From Phoronis australis (lineage: Eukaryota; Animalia; Phoronida), in the NCBI GenBank assembly GCA_002633005.1, contig NMRA01000048.1, positions 374,763 through 438,762 on the forward strand: a stretch of DNA of 64,000 bases, written 5' to 3'. Position numbers and translations under genes: made by a program. This document shows positions 63,840 through 64,000 of this stretch, piece after piece (position 1 is the stretch's first letter; every line of letters starts with the position of its first letter). A model generated the notes under the pieces. It saw only the letters and a list, made by a program, of their open reading frames with translations. It searched no databases and was not told where the DNA came from.

Positions 63840-64000
63840 CTGCACAAGAGAAGTCAACATCACATGTTATGCAGTTCCTAATGAAATCTCGGAGCACCTC
63901 GAAACCGAGAAACCAGTGAGACAACAAGTGGGTCAAGTTGTATAACACTGCAAACTAGTTTTGACACTATCCTCATGATGAAACAACCATTGCTGATAGA

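Overview
Eukaryotic, most likely invertebrate animal, genomic DNA: AT-rich, spliceosomal introns, repeat-dense, with two assembly gaps. Most ORFs in the supplied track are noise. Two host genes face each other tail to tail. (1) On the minus strand is the 3' part of SMG1, the PIKK kinase of nonsense-mediated decay: 21 GT-AG exons from 63839 to 26742, reconstructed by hand in one continuous frame (1041 aa), ending in the FATC motif ...[13 protein letters not shown]. (2) On the plus strand is a 4-exon gene (18023-21522) encoding an uncharacterised 244-aa protein with short repeats resembling ciliary microtubule-inner-protein motifs. The rest is layered mobile DNA: Academ, Kolobok, hAT, Harbinger-like, Tc2/pogo-like, Helentron-type non-autonomous elements (HINEs), Hero, Tx1 and I/R1 LINE remnants, and minisatellites. 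The most notable structures are: an intact exon of an unrelated host gene (TMCC-like) inside a HINE with duplicated ends, itself inside a TG..CA element with a 6-bp TSD, inside an SMG1 intron; a 4-copy TIR family whose only recognisable cargo is a HIRAN-like domain; a tandem array built from an SMG1 exon tail plus its 5' splice site (possible poison splicing); and recurrent TA-to-TAGGCCTA micro-insertions revealed by aligning paralogous transposon copies. All homology calls come from recalled motifs, not database searches.
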